A DNA stretch of 64,000 nt from Octopus sinensis (GCF_006345805.1 NW_021835977.1:5437-69436), one strand, 5' to 3'. Numbered from the stretch's first letter, positions 13,244 to 26,830 are shown. Numbers and translations are program-made. The notes: generated by a model not told the origin, from the sequence alone.

Positions 13244-13465
13244 TACACCGTGAGTGCTGAAAAGTACCTGGCTTTGGATAAAAGAAAATACAGGAGGATC
13301 AGCTAATCATGATTTTATTCAACATATTCCCCTCTCAGAATCAAACATTTATTGCAGCTATCTTTCAGTTTAACTAAGGCCTGTAAGAGAAAGCAGAAGT
13401 TTGAGCCTCCAACCAGGCCTTTAAGGAGACCATTAAAACCAGGAACTTTTCAGCACCACCTCGTA
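13244..13465. mobile_element. Mariner-type MITE
   Basis: Terminal inverted repeats gtgctgaaaagtacctggcttt and aaaaccaggaacttttcagcac, TA at the ends. Confidence 0.75.
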
Positions 13466-14074
13466 TATATACATGTCATTATTCAGTTTTAATTCAAAAT
13501 TTTTGCCAAGAAAGAAAAGAACCGCTTTCTATCCTAGATCCAAGGCTTCTTCATTGGAATTTCAACAACATCAACACAGCATTTTTGTACGTATATATAT
13601 ATATATATATGTACAGCCTTTTATGTTTTTTTTTATGCATGTGTTCAAATGCACATAGTTGCACATCTAGACATGCTCATATATACTAAAACGATAAACT
13701 TCTGGAAAGTTTTATAGATTTTTACAGTTCCAGTGATGGATTGAATCTGTAGTCTTCAAATCAGCTTTCTTCTTTCTGCTTTTAACAAGCCTAATTTCTC
13801 AAGATTGGTATTTAGGAAGTGTGTTGCATATCACACTGCCCAATAATTACAGGTATGAGCATGAACTTGTAATTTGGGTAGAGTAACTGCAAATTTCTTG
13901 ATAGTTCAGCGTAGGTAATTTCTTTGTCGCTGATCGTTAGCTTTATGCTACCATCTGTTGGGCAGCTGATTTCCACAGCTGTACATAGTCTCTACCCTCT
14001 ATCCCAGACCAACATGTCAGGTCTATTGTATCTATGCATGCATCTATGTAAGTATTTATGATATATGTATGCTA

Positions 14075-14146
<72 letters not shown>

Positions 14147-14249
14147 TTATTAATAGTAATGGCATGACGACAAAATAAGGAATAAGATACCGATATTATG
14201 TAAATAGAAGAATTTATATGTAATATAATAAGTGACAATATTTTTTTCT

Positions 14250-14323
14250 TTGCCTTGATAACTGACGAGATGCCGGAGGACATTTTTGCCCGATATCCGA
14301 AACTCGGAGTTTTATTATGGCAA
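14250..14323 (+). ncRNA. Type-I hammerhead-ribozyme-like motif
   Basis: Stem I ttgccttgataa/ttattatggcaa pairs 11 of 12. Core CTGACGA at 14262-14268, stem II gatgccgg/ccgatatcc (imperfect, with bulge), GAAAC at 14299, tcgga, GTT. Confidence 0.6.
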
Positions 14324-14398
14324 ACGAATAATTGTGACATATCATACAGATAGATATCTATATAATATATTTACAAAATATTATAAGTATATATATAC

Positions 14399-14466
<68 letters not shown>

Positions 14467-14495
14467 CACATATATGTATGTTCATATATACACAC

Positions 14496-14528
<33 letters not shown>

Positions 14529-14795
14529 ATATATATAATATAAAATATATATATATATATATACATACATACACATATGCACACATAACTATATCTATTG
14601 AAATTAGCAAGAAAGGGGTTGACTGTGACTTCGGAGTGATAGCCTCTGTGTATCACTATGTGATAGATGATATATAAATTGATTCCAAAAACAGATGCAA
14701 ATGAAATTCATTATATTTGCCAAGCCGTTAAAGTTATGTATTCAATTAAGGGCGTCAATTAATTTCAGTGTATAATTAAGGTATAATGTGTTGAG

Positions 14796-14837
14796 ATGAC
14801 GTCAACTATGTGTATTGAAATACTGCAATGACGTCAT
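14796..14837. promoter_or_regulatory. Two perfect CRE palindromes 32 bp apart
   Basis: TGACGTCA at 14797-14804 and 14829-14836. Confidence 0.3.
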
Positions 14838-14970
14838 CATGTGTAGCAATTAAACATACTTGCATTAACACCAGCAATATTTTAGTATATCAATGGATAT
14901 TTGCTATCATAACTTTAACATCATTACATGCATATATGCTTGTGCAAACTGTGATACACACATGCATATG

Positions 14971-15054
<84 letters not shown>

Positions 15055-15417
15055 GACAGTGTGATACACACATGCATATACAGACATATATTATACATAC
15101 ACGCATGCACATACACACACATACATACGCACATATATATATATATATAATATATGTGTGTGTGTGGTGCGTATGTATGTGGTGTATGTGCATGCGTTAT
15201 TATATGTATATGTCTGTATATGCATATGTGTATCACACTGTCTGCATATATTTGATGTTCACAAAGATGTATATATTTATGTGCGTGTGTATGTGTGTAT
15301 GTATATACATATATATATAATATACGCATAAATAGGCATATTTACAGATATATACATGCAAATATATAAATAAATATACACATCTACGCATATACACATA
15401 CGTACATACATATGGAC

Positions 15418-15483
<66 letters not shown>

Positions 15484-16458
15484 TTCAACCATCATAGTAA
15501 AAGGCTTCATTTCCTTCCAAATGCCAACCAGTTTATAGAGTGCATGTATATATACCGCCGTATGGCATCCATAGGTCTTTCTTACGATTCAGCACTAAAC
15601 GTATGTGAGCGTGTATGTGTGTTTGTGTGTATATATATGTGTATGCATGTGCATATATATATGTGCCTGTGAATGTTTCCTGTGCATATAATAAAAGTCC
15701 TTAGGTCGATTTGTTCAAGTAAACTCCTCAACGCGGTGTCCCACTTTGGCCGCAATCCAATGACTGACACAAATAAAAGATTAAATATCACTTGTAAAGA
15801 ACTGAACTGACATTGAATAGCACTAGAAACAATACTTTGCCCGTAAAATACTTTTCAACACAAAGCTAACAACAATTCATTGTTCACCAAACGATGCCTC
15901 ATATTTTCCCATAAACAACCACACCTATTTATATATTTCATGTAGCAAGTGCCAGACACATAAACAGGTTTTTTTTAGACGGGTGGCCCAGATGTACTTT
16001 ACTGCTTGATGATCCACAAAAGAACTTATGCGAATGTACAACCTTAATAGTCAATATATTTAATAAGAGTACATCGATGTTCCCTTGCGTTGAGTTTTCT
16101 ACGTCGTCTGGGCTTAGCTTTCTACTCCACGAGTAATACCACACACACATTTCAATGTATGCATGTATGTATGTATGTATGTATGTATGTATGTATGTAT
16201 GTATGTATGTATGTATGTATGTATCTATGTATATGTATATATTACCACTCCGCACAGTGGGACATAGTTTTTCTATTCGTCTGTTGACCTTGAGAGGAAG
16301 CCGATAGCAAAGAGACTTTGATGTTACTGCAAAAAATTTAAATTCAGACTCTGTTACTTTAGTGAGTCCATCTTACGGTTGTTAATGTGTGTGTGTGTAT
16401 GTACGTATGTATGTATGTACGTATGTATATATATATATTATATATATATATATAATAT

Positions 16459-16496
<38 letters not shown>

Positions 16497-17000
16497 TAGA
16501 TAGAAGGACAGATAGATAAAGCGAGATACATACATACATGCATACATATATAGGGAACTATGTTACCACCTTCATTAGTTTGCAGCTGTTTGCGCAATAA
16601 AAAGCAATGTACTTAGAACTGAGTGTTTGTGCAACTTCCTATAGCTTCATCGAAGCCATATTTAGATGCGTTTTGTTGTCCTTGTGCAGCTCATTTTTTA
16701 GCCTTCTCCGAAGAGATCCATGATCAAATACATAGCAGCGATGATGATTTGGTCCTTTCTTTTTAAAACAGTGAGGTTTCGTTGGCTGCTGCTTCTAGCA
16801 ATTCAAACATCTACGTGGAGCCCACTTGTTAGTCCTGTACTGACATTTTATTGCTATTGTTGAGCACGTTATTTAGCTAAATCTCTATCTGATTGAGCTC
16901 ACCTATAACCAAACGTGTTCTCGATGTGGTCACCTTATTTCATTTTTGAGTTTTTGTATCGAAATTTCAATACATAATGTATATGTATGTCCATTTGAAG

Positions 17001-17310
17001 CAATGGTTCTCAACTGTCTTTATTTTTACCTATGGACCCCTTTGATTATCATTTTATTCAGGTGGACCCCCATAGCCATTCGATGTTTAAAATGTAGTTG
17101 TATAGATACTTCTTTCAAATTTCGTATTTTGTTTCCCATACATTAACTTGTGTAAAGTGAATTCTGTAAAATGCCAGAGAAAGAACCCTCGCTTTTTCTT
17201 GCAATAAATACTACGGAAGTAACATTTTATCATGCACATTCAATAGACTACTGCTGGTCCCCAATTTAGTATTATGCTTGTCTGGACCCCTCAAAAATCT
17301 TATATGGACG
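17001..17310. mobile_element. hAT-type MITE remnant
   Basis: Left end caatggttctcaac resembles a hAT TIR, with repeated subterminal tggaccc motifs. Right end is degenerate. Confidence 0.5.
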
Positions 17311-17689
17311 CAGATTAAAAGAAAAACAAATAGATATAATTTGAGTTAACTGATACTTCGAGCAGGCCGATCGACCGTGAAGAGCACTCCTACATGTAAA
17401 ACGGAAATTTTTGCTGACAATGGTGCATATTTAATTGACATAGCAATTTGATATTACTGGTACTTTTTTTTTATTCATTGGAAATTATAAATTTTTAAAT
17501 GGCCTCCGTTGGGATTTAAGCGCAGAGTATATTAGACTACTATAAAACGTTTAATTGGGCACCCTGATGTTTTGCCAATTATTCTACTACTATATATTAC
17601 ATGAGTAAATGACGGACTCTCCTTACGTATAGAGTAACTCGCTAGAAAGAGCAGCAAAATCTTTCCCTCAATTTACTCACTAAGTAAAT

Positions 17690-18340
17690 TTGTGTGGTAA
17701 GAAGGCAGCTTCTGAAGGCAGCGAGCTGGCAGAAACGTTAGCACGCCGGGCGAAATGCTTAGCGGGATTTTGTCTGCCGTTACGTTCTGAGTTCAAATTC
17801 CACCGAGGTTGACTTTGCCTTTCATCCTTTCGGGGTCGATAAATTAAGTACCAGTTACGCATTGGGGTCGATGTAATCGACTTAATCCCTTTGTTCTTGT
17901 TTGTCCCCTCTATGTTTAGCCCCTTGTGAGCAATAAAGAAATAAGAAGGCTGCTTCTGAACCATATGGTTCTGGGTTCAGTCCCACTGCATTTTATCTCG
18001 GACAAGTGACTTTTACAATAGTCCCGGGTCGTCCAAAGCCTTTTGAGTGGATTTGGTAGGCGGAAACTGAAAAAAGCTAGTCGTGTATATATGTATATGT
18101 ATGTCATTGTGTCTGCGTTTGTGCCTTCCCCCACCCCACCACCGCTCAACAACAGATGTTGATGTGTTTACGTCCCCGTAACTTATCGTTTCGGCAAGAA
18201 CGATCCGACAAGAATAAGTACCACGATTAGAAATATAAAAAAAGGCTACTTGGGTCAATTCATGTGACTAAAATTTCTCCAGGGTGGTGCCCCAGCATGG
18301 CCGCAGTCTAATTATTAAAACAAGTAAAAGATAGCAGATA
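17690..18340 (+). mobile_element. SINE group B interrupted by a group C SINE
   Basis: The B head (tgtgtggtaagaag..) resumes at ~17961 (ccatatggttctgggttcagtcccac) and runs to the gaaacaagtaaaaga-like tail. Confidence 0.8.
17717..17942 (+). mobile_element. SINE group C (CORE-like middle) with 18-bp TSD
   Basis: ggcagcgagctggcagaaacgttagc..gagttcaaattcc..gcctttcatcctttcggggtcgataaattaagtacc. Flanked by aagaaggc(a/t)gcttctgaa at 17699-17716 and 17943-17960. Confidence 0.9.
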
Positions 18341-19270
18341 AAAACAATATAATTATAGATTTCAGATGACGATTGGAATGCGTCTGTTCGAGCAAGAGTG
18401 AAGATGGTGGTTAAGTACCAGCGAAAACATATATTGTAAAAGAAAGCCTATGTGTAGTTAGTCGATATACGAGAAACAGCAGCTAAGTCTACTTAATGAT
18501 ATTTCCGGTCGAATTACATAAAATCTTAGTGGCTTTGTGGATGCGAAACCATTAGTCACTGTAGGAGCAGAATGAATTTGAGTAACTGTTACCATAATTT
18601 ACTTTAAGGTATGGATGAATTATGTTTAGCTTTAGCCTCTCCATTCTTATAAACACCAAGTCGCTGGCTTTGTGACCGTGTGTGCAATACCACCATGACC
18701 GATATCCAAACTACAGTGGAGAAGGCTAGCCACTGGTTTTGGTTAAAAAGAGACGATGGTTAGAAGAATATTGAGCTTTATTTGATAACCAGTTGATCTA
18801 GCAATCGGGGCCTCATATCAGTGAGGGTGGCCGGTGCGCATTGATGCCGTCGCGAGGTAGGCCCCGAAACAGCACGCATTCTCTCCTGATGACCCCATAC
18901 ATTTGCTGGCTTCCGATATGCGGAGTTTTCGACTGGTAGCACTTGAATGTGCAAGTTGTTTGCAAGACATGTGATCGTGTGTGCACCAAACCACACGTGT
19001 GCGTGTGCTTAAATTTTCGTGGATGTTTGTATGAGCGAGTGTACACGCGCCATGGAGATTGCGCGCGAACTTTTATACATCCATATCTGTTAACGGTTAT
19101 TTTAAATACTTTTCTCGCTGTATTGCGTGTTCGTTTCTTTTTTGCATCTGTGATTTTATTTTTGATCGTCTATATAAATGAAGAAATTTCCTTCGCTTTG
19201 ATGCATTTTTTTTTTTTTTTACAAAATGAGAAGATACATTGCGGAAGTGTTATTTTAAAGAGTTGTATCA

Positions 19271-19385
19271 ATTTATCACCCGATGAGACACATCTGCACC
19301 GCAAGACGCTCCTGAACCAGTCGTTCAGTGTTCCACCCGTGAGGGATTGATGCTAGATGTGTCGAAACAATTGTCGTAATTAATA
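19271..19385 (+). ncRNA. Type-I hammerhead-ribozyme-like motif, core U4>C
   Basis: CCGATGA at 19280-19286, 9-bp stem II gacacatct/agatgtgtc, GAAAC-aatt-GTC with palindrome acaattgt. Stem I is short and imperfect. Confidence 0.55.
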
Positions 19386-19429
19386 AAAATTCTCGTACAT
19401 TCCGTCTTTCATATATCATATATATATAC

Positions 19430-19480
<51 letters not shown>

Positions 19481-20031
19481 CATACATAGATACATACATA
19501 TATATATATATGTGTGTGTGCATGTGTATATGTATGTATGTATATATATGCGTGCGCACCCGTATGTGTGTGTTTAGGCGCAGACATGGACGCGTGTGGT
19601 TTAGATTCAGGTTTGCAATCTCATGGTTTGGGGTTCAGTGTCATAGTGTATCCTCTTAAGGAATGATTTCTATTATTGCCCAGGGCCAACCAATTCGATC
19701 ATTGTGTTTACCTCTCTGACCTTTTTTACAGTCGCTTTTGTTTTGTTTATGTCCCTGAAAGTTAGTGGTTCGACAAAAACGATCGTAGAATAAGTTTCAG
19801 AATATTTAACATCGGGAGAGATTTGTTCCTCTTACACCTTCAAGGCGCTGCTCTATCATGGCTGCAGCCCCAAAACTAAAAGAACTGGAAGAATACATAC
19901 ATATTTAGGAACTTTTATAAAGTCCGAGAAAACGCGAAATTATTCTTTGGTTGATCTCGAAGCAAACAACGCTATAAATAATAACATACAAATATTGATT
20001 TATAAAAGCTTTATGGATATAAAATATCGGT

Positions 20032-20104
20032 TGAAGCCCACGGGACTCGAACCCAAATCTCCTGTGAACACGACAGGCGTTTTACCATTGTGGCAAAAGC
20101 ATTC
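20032..20104 (-). pseudogene. 73-nt tRNA-like pseudogene (Thr-like anticodon position TGT)
   Basis: B-box GTTCGAGTC, anticodon stem cctgt/acagg with a 7-nt loop, T-stem ggg/ccc. Acceptor stem pairs only 5 of 7, the D-arm is damaged and U33 is absent. Confidence 0.5.
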
Positions 20105-20253
20105 CTCAAATTACTCTGACCGTTTTACAAATTTAATTCTTACCAGCGAGAATTGTATGCCGTTTACGTCATGAGATTTTTTTTTATAAACTTCGAGAAA
20201 ACGTAGAATGATTGCCTTTTGCAAAGTCGGAAACGAAGTAAATATGTGCATGT

Positions 20254-20324
<71 letters not shown>

Positions 20325-20556
20325 TAGGCACATATATACAATTATAGATTTATATATACATAAATATATACATAACTACCTATCTATGTATATACACATA
20401 CAAACACACACACACACATATATATGTATGTATATATAAATATACGGGTATATATGTGTGTGTATATATATATATATATATGTGTGTGTGTATATATATA
20501 TATATATATAATATATATATATATATATGTATGTATATATATATATATATATATAT

Positions 20557-20631
<75 letters not shown>

Positions 20632-21935
20632 TTGAACTGTGAAATCCTAGCTACATAGGATTGGCGCGATTGTCATGTTTGAAACGCCTTTGATCACAGG
20701 TCTGCCCGCTCAACCAGGGATGATCTTGGGCTAAGCAAATTGCATGCCTGTCACTTACTAATAGTTTCATATTAAGCGTAATATTTCGTCTTTCGACTAT
20801 TCTACCATTTGAGTCATTGAAGAACGAAATAAATTGTCACGATATTTACTTGGAATTATCTTCAAATGTTTCTTCATCTCATAATTCACTCTATCTCGCA
20901 TTTACGTTCTGTGTACTCTCTTTATCTTTTACCATCACTCAATCTCTCGTTCGGGTCTCTTTCTCTCCATCTCTCCCTCTCTAGCTCTCCTCTTGCTGTG
21001 TCCACAGGCAGGTGACGATGTATTGGCATTTTGAATCTGCCTTCTATAGCTCGAATTTCTTGTTCATTAGCTATTTGTCGGTCAAAGTTAAAGCATACAG
21101 TCGATGTTTTTCAATTTTACTTTTAATATTAGTTTTCCTATTGAATCAGGCTCAATCTTCTAAAATCTTATTTCCTGTAAACAAGAGAGAAGGTCTTTTA
21201 TGCACACTCGCCTGTTTCTATATTATCTCTTTCTTTAAATCCATCATTTTCAAACAATCATCTGAATATTATCAATAATAATAATAGTGATAATAATAAA
21301 AATAATAAATAGCGTTTCCACCGTCAGCATCAATTCGTAAAAGTTGTAGGTTACCTTCACATGACTCTTAAGAAATTAAGAAACGTTTTATTGTGAAGTC
21401 AGAATGTTGTTAATAAGTGAATCTCTTAGAAATCTGGGTTTTATTACGTCTTAGTTCCGTTGTTCGTGGTCTGGTGAGTGTCGTATCAACAAAAGCTTGA
21501 ATGGTCTACAGATTTGAGATGTCACAGAGATTGCTTCGACCTGCACACAAGCACTGGAACGTGTGAGCAAATGGGGGATATGTCAATGGAAAAATTTCTG
21601 CTAAAAGAAATAATAAGAACCATTGAAAGCAATGAGATATTAATGGTGATTTACAAAAGATATAAGGTTTTTCATCAACGTTATAACAAAATGTTCATAC
21701 ACTGTCAATTGAGTAATGTTCTTCAAAGCTCTGTGTGTTTATATGGGAGTGCGCAATGGTGAGCAATAGTGAAGTTTGTCTTTCTGTGTTTGGCCGTATA
21801 TGTAAACGTAAGCGCAAATCTAAATGTAAAAGGTGTCGGTGGTGTTGGTGGTGGGAGGGCGTGGTCGGAGCGCTACAGATGTTTATGAATGCTCTTGTCC
21901 ATGTGTGACTGTAAGTTTTTGTGATTTTCCTCTCT

Positions 21936-21996
<61 letters not shown>

Positions 21997-22067
21997 TATA
22001 CACACATATATATACATAATATATATATATATATACACACATACATATATATATATACATACATATA

Positions 22068-22109
<42 letters not shown>

Positions 22110-22159
22110 TATATATATATATACGCATGTATACGCATGCATATATATATATATATAAT

Positions 22160-22202
<43 letters not shown>

Positions 22203-22479
22203 ATATGCATGTATGTATATGTGTGTGTATATATATGGATGTATATGTATAGATATGCATGTGTAAGTATAAGTGTATGCGTGTGTGTATGAACATGCAC
22301 GCTAACTAGCAAAGATGTGATAATGTGCACACGTATATGTGCAAGTGTTAATGCGTGAGAGAGGAGATAAATAAAAAAAAAACCTTCTTAAATACTAATA
22401 AATACTAAATGAATATTCGAAATGTTCCTCCTTCTCTTTCGATATCTCCACCTACTCCTTCACCTTATCCCCCCAGCCT

Positions 22480-22995
22480 CTTCTTATTCGTCATCAGCAT
22501 CAGCAGCAGTAACACCATTGCTCATCGCACCACCACCAACACCACCACCACCACCACCAACAACAACAACAATAACAACAGCAACATTACCTTCTCTTCA
22601 TTACCAGCCTCATCTTCATAATCACCACCATCACTATCACCATCATCATAAGCCTTAGTAATCATCAATCATCATCATTATCACCATCATCATCATCATT
22701 GTCGACGTCGTCGTCATCATTATCATCATCATACCCTTCCGCGTTACCAACACCATCATCGTTATAATTACCACTATGACCACCAGCACCAACACCATCA
22801 TCATCATGGTCATCATCATCATGGTCATCATCATCATCATCATCATCGTCGTCGTCGTCGTCGTCGTAGTCGTAGTCGTCATCATCGTCGTCTTCATTAT
22901 CATCATGGTCAACGTAATTATCATTACGCCCTACTCAATAATCATCACAACTTCCGACACTTCCACTTCTGACAACCCCACTCCCCCATCATCAC

Positions 22996-23049
<54 letters not shown>

Positions 23050-23220
23050 CATCACCACATCCGACACCACACTAGCGCCATCACCTTGCTTGTCATTGCG
23101 TCCCCTCTGTCTCCACCGTACATAGCCAAAGTCTGTTAAAGCAACTGCCACCACCACCTCTAGCACCACTTACACAACCACCACCACCACCAACAACAAC
23201 AAACAAACAACTGCAACATT
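22480..23220. repeat. Degenerate (CAC/CAT/CGT/AAC)n low-complexity tract
   Basis: Direct reading. Confidence 0.85.
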
Positions 23221-23758
23221 ACAAGAACAAGCGTAATGCATTTTCCAAAGTTGTTCGTAAAGAATTCCTTCTTAATGAATTCTAATTTATTTTCACTTCC
23301 AAGTGGGGAAACTGACCCCAAATATTTCTTTTGAACCTCATTAAAGATTTCCAATTTCAGGGTTAACATATTGGGGTGTGCGTGTGTGTGTGTGTTTCTT
23401 TGTGTGTGTGAGTGAGTGTGTGTGTGTGTTTACCAATATCTTTGGAAGGAGATACCTTAATAACTTCACTCTTCTTTCATCTATTGTCCCGAAGTCTTGT
23501 AGTAAATTCCCATCTTTTTCCAAGGACCCTTTCATTCTCTCTCTGACTTTCTCTGACTCTCTCTCTCTCACTCTCTGTCTCTCTCTTTATCTCTAGCGCT
23601 GTTCGTCTGAATATCAGAAATTGCCAAAATATATTGCTTACTTATTTTCTTCGACTTTCTGCCGCTTCCATAGATTATTTCACGTTAAACAGTTTACAGT
23701 CCCACGTGCATCTAGTTATCTAGTTCACTACTCATCACTCTATCTATCTATCTATCTA

Positions 23759-23802
<44 letters not shown>

Positions 23803-24599
23803 AATCTATCTATCTATTTGTCTATCTATCTAATTAGATGTCTATGCATCTAATCTGTTATTTTCTATCTATCTATCTATCTCAGTATATATATCCGTCT
23901 GTTTGTCTGTCTGTCTACCTATCTATCTATCTATCTGTCTATCTATCTGTCTGCCTCGCTTCCCGCCCGTCTGTCTGTCTATCTGTCTATCTATAAATCG
24001 ATCGATCTATTTATATATGTGTTTACTCACAAGCACACAAACATATTATTCACGGATTATATTATATAATAACATACAGATGAAAACAAAATGCAATCAA
24101 TTGTTCATTTCGTGTAAATTTAACAATTCAATTACGAAACTTTCACTGTTAAGGAATGACTAAGTTTATTAGTAAATTTATAACTGACCCGGGTGGAACG
24201 AAATGCAAAATCGACCGCCGGAATCATGAACTCAGAAGGATAAAAAGACAGATGTAAATAGAGCGGGAAGTTCTAATGAAGGAGACCATTGTTTCTGTCA
24301 TTCCTTAGTATAATGCACACGGTGGGATTTGAGCACAGAATGTGATGAACCGGAAATAATGCCACAATGCTCTTTTTGATTTTTTTTCAAAATTCTAATG
24401 ATTCTGTTAATCCACCACTCTTAACGATGATGATGATAGCCAAGTATATTGAAATACAATCATCGTTCCACCAGAGGGTACCATTATATATGACTGCTGG
24501 TATTTTGACATCTATTCCCTAAACTGAGTTTTCGCCTCGGCAAATTTCTAGGAAAACAGGATTTTCACCGGTTAAATGTTTCAAAAATACTAGTTTCAA

Positions 24600-25140
24600 A
24601 TTTTGACACAAGGCCAGCAGTTTCGGGAGAGAGGCTAAGTCGATCACATCGACCCTCATGTCTTTATTTGTTCCGCGGACGAGCAAATGAGATTCAAGCT
24701 GCGCTAGTTGTGTATGATATCCTGCATTCTATGTTGTTGTTATTATTAGTATTATTGTTCTTTGAAATTTTGACCACATTGACTTTGCCTGTATTTATTC
24801 TATTGACCCCCCCAAAATATAAAAGGCAAAGTAGATCTCAGACAGAATTTGAACTCAACGTAAAGAAGGATGAAATGCCGCTAAGCATTTTCCTCGGCGT
24901 GCTAACGATTCTGCCAGATCGCCACTTTTTCAAATTTTGGCACAAGGCCAGCAATTTCAAGGAAGGGGCTAAATCGATTAAACGGCCCCAGTGATCAACT
25001 AGTACTGCTTTTATCGACCTCAACAGGATGAAAAGCATAGTCGACCACTGCGGTATTTGGACTCAGAGCATCAAGACGAACGAAATGCTTCTAAGCATTT
25101 TGCTACACATACCAATGAGTTTGCCAGCTCGCAGCCAATA
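24600..25140 (-). mobile_element. Cluster of group C SINE fragments
   Basis: Two blocks reading ggcaaagt.gac..gaatttgaactca..gaaatgccgctaagcatttt..gctaacgattctgcca with ttttggcacaaggcc tails. Confidence 0.7.
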
Positions 25141-25714
25141 TGTCTCAAATATATTAACGATGTAAAAGATTAATGATGTTCATAATGAGGAAAGACAATG
25201 ATAATGAAGTTAATACAAATTACCAACTAATCCCTAATTGCAACAACGGTTTCCGTGGGTGAGAAGAGAGTTAAGTGTGAAATTAAGGCCCGTATATTAG
25301 ATAACTTTTAAACTACAGCCACCTATCATTCACATGTTTTAAAATTCTTTTGTTAATGGCTTTAAATGCATATAAAGTCGAGAGCAAACCTTGATAACTT
25401 TTCCGTCTCTTCATCCTAAACCAAGCATCACATGCTGGACCTGACATCTTGAGAGGTAGAGAAGGCTCAACAAGCAATCAGCTGCTGCTTGTTTACTGTT
25501 TAGTTGACTGAAACAACGTGAAATGAAGTGCTATGCTCACTGAGACAACGTAACCTCCGGCCCTAGGACTGAACCTGCAGCTTTGTGATTGCCACAGGAC
25601 TTGCTGTCCAATCATCATATCCAAATTTACAATAGTCATCCGTTGGATGCAACGAAAGCCATTGTTACGATTCGGGTTTGATTGGCATTTTGTATTAAAT
25701 TCTTTATCATCGTC

Positions 25715-25776
<62 letters not shown>

Positions 25777-25827
25777 GATAATCATCATCATCATCTTCAT
25801 GATTAATTTTATTATCTTCATAAGATA

Positions 25828-26015
25828 AAGGACAGTCAATTGGCAGAAATGTCAGAATGTCGAAAAACGTAATACTTTACGGTATTAGTTCCAGTTCTTG
25901 ACATTCTGTGTAGAAATCCGCCCGAGACCAACTTTAATTTTCTTTTCTCCGAGGTCGATAAAATAGGGTACCTGTCAATTATTTGTGTCGATTGTATCGA
26001 CTTAGCCCCCTCACC
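25828..26015 (+). mobile_element. Group C SINE, diverged
   Basis: tggcagaaatgtcag..ccgaggtcgataaaata..gtcgattgtatcgacttagcccc. Confidence 0.6.
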
Positions 26016-26289
26016 CACGAGCAAACGTACAATAGCATACAGATACATTGTGATTTATGGCAAAAATGCAGTGTATATGTGGATAACAATTGCTGAGTTG
26101 CAGATTGAGCTGACATGGATATTTTGTAATGTACTGAAGAGGTTAAGTGAAAGTATGCGGCCTAATTGTTAAAATATCCCGTACACGATCTTAAAAAACA
26201 TGAGTGCAATTCTTGAGACCGAGTGGAACAAAATACTTCATTTTCCGTCTTTCCAATCTACTCCCCAGTAAAAGCTCTTCCACCTACCC

Positions 26290-26621
26290 ATGAATCCCGG
26301 TTTATCTGCTGGGTCAAAAGCCAGGGGCCTACAGGGTATCGATATCTGTTCGCATCTGCGTAGGTACCGAAATCAAGAAATGAAAGCATGGTGTATATTA
26401 CCAACCGTCACGAGTACCAAAATCTTGTGGTCGCAACGGATCCAGTTAGCACACATTATTTGCCATCGAGAGGTTTTTCTTGTCATTTATCAGTCAGAAT
26501 ATCTAAGGCAACAGTTTTAGCACGGGTTTTCATGCGCTTAGCTTTGTCTGCGCTTGTTTCTCGTATGTCTAATTCTGGAATTTGTCGTGTTTGGAATTCA
26601 CTTAGATATTCCTTTGCCTGT

Positions 26622-26625
<4 letters not shown>
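26290..26625 (-). mobile_element. RLE-type LINE fragment
   Basis: Minus strand translates QAKEYLSEFQTRQIPELDIRETSADKAKRMKTRAKTVALDILTDK*QEKPLDGK, resembling the W.EKPLHG motif that precedes the zinc knuckle. Confidence 0.55.
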
Positions 26626-26709
<84 letters not shown>

Positions 26710-26830
26710 TTACTACTATTATTATTACTATTATTATTATCGTTACTAGGTTGCTTTTATTTAAAATTTCTGCTAGTACTAGTAAAAATGGTAGTTTTTA
26801 ATTACAGATACGGTGCTGTTGGTGTTTATG

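Noticed and set aside
13500-13560. Minus-strand atgaaga-agcct..aggat-agaaa hammerhead-like remnant
   Set aside because: Too many core and stem mismatches to support.
18800-18880. Hammerhead or HDV-like fold at ggcccc-gaaac
   Set aside because: No CUGANGA precedes the stem and the HDV pairing order cannot be built; kept only as an unexplained island.
21012-21278. 88-aa hydrophobic ORF
   Set aside because: T-rich composition explains the hydrophobicity; GTG start and no known motif.
23180-23535. Protein-like minus-strand peptides (GSLEKDGNLLQDFGTIDERRVKLL; EIFNEVQKKYLG)
   Set aside because: Interrupted by a microsatellite, in different frames, with no acceptor and no family recognised.
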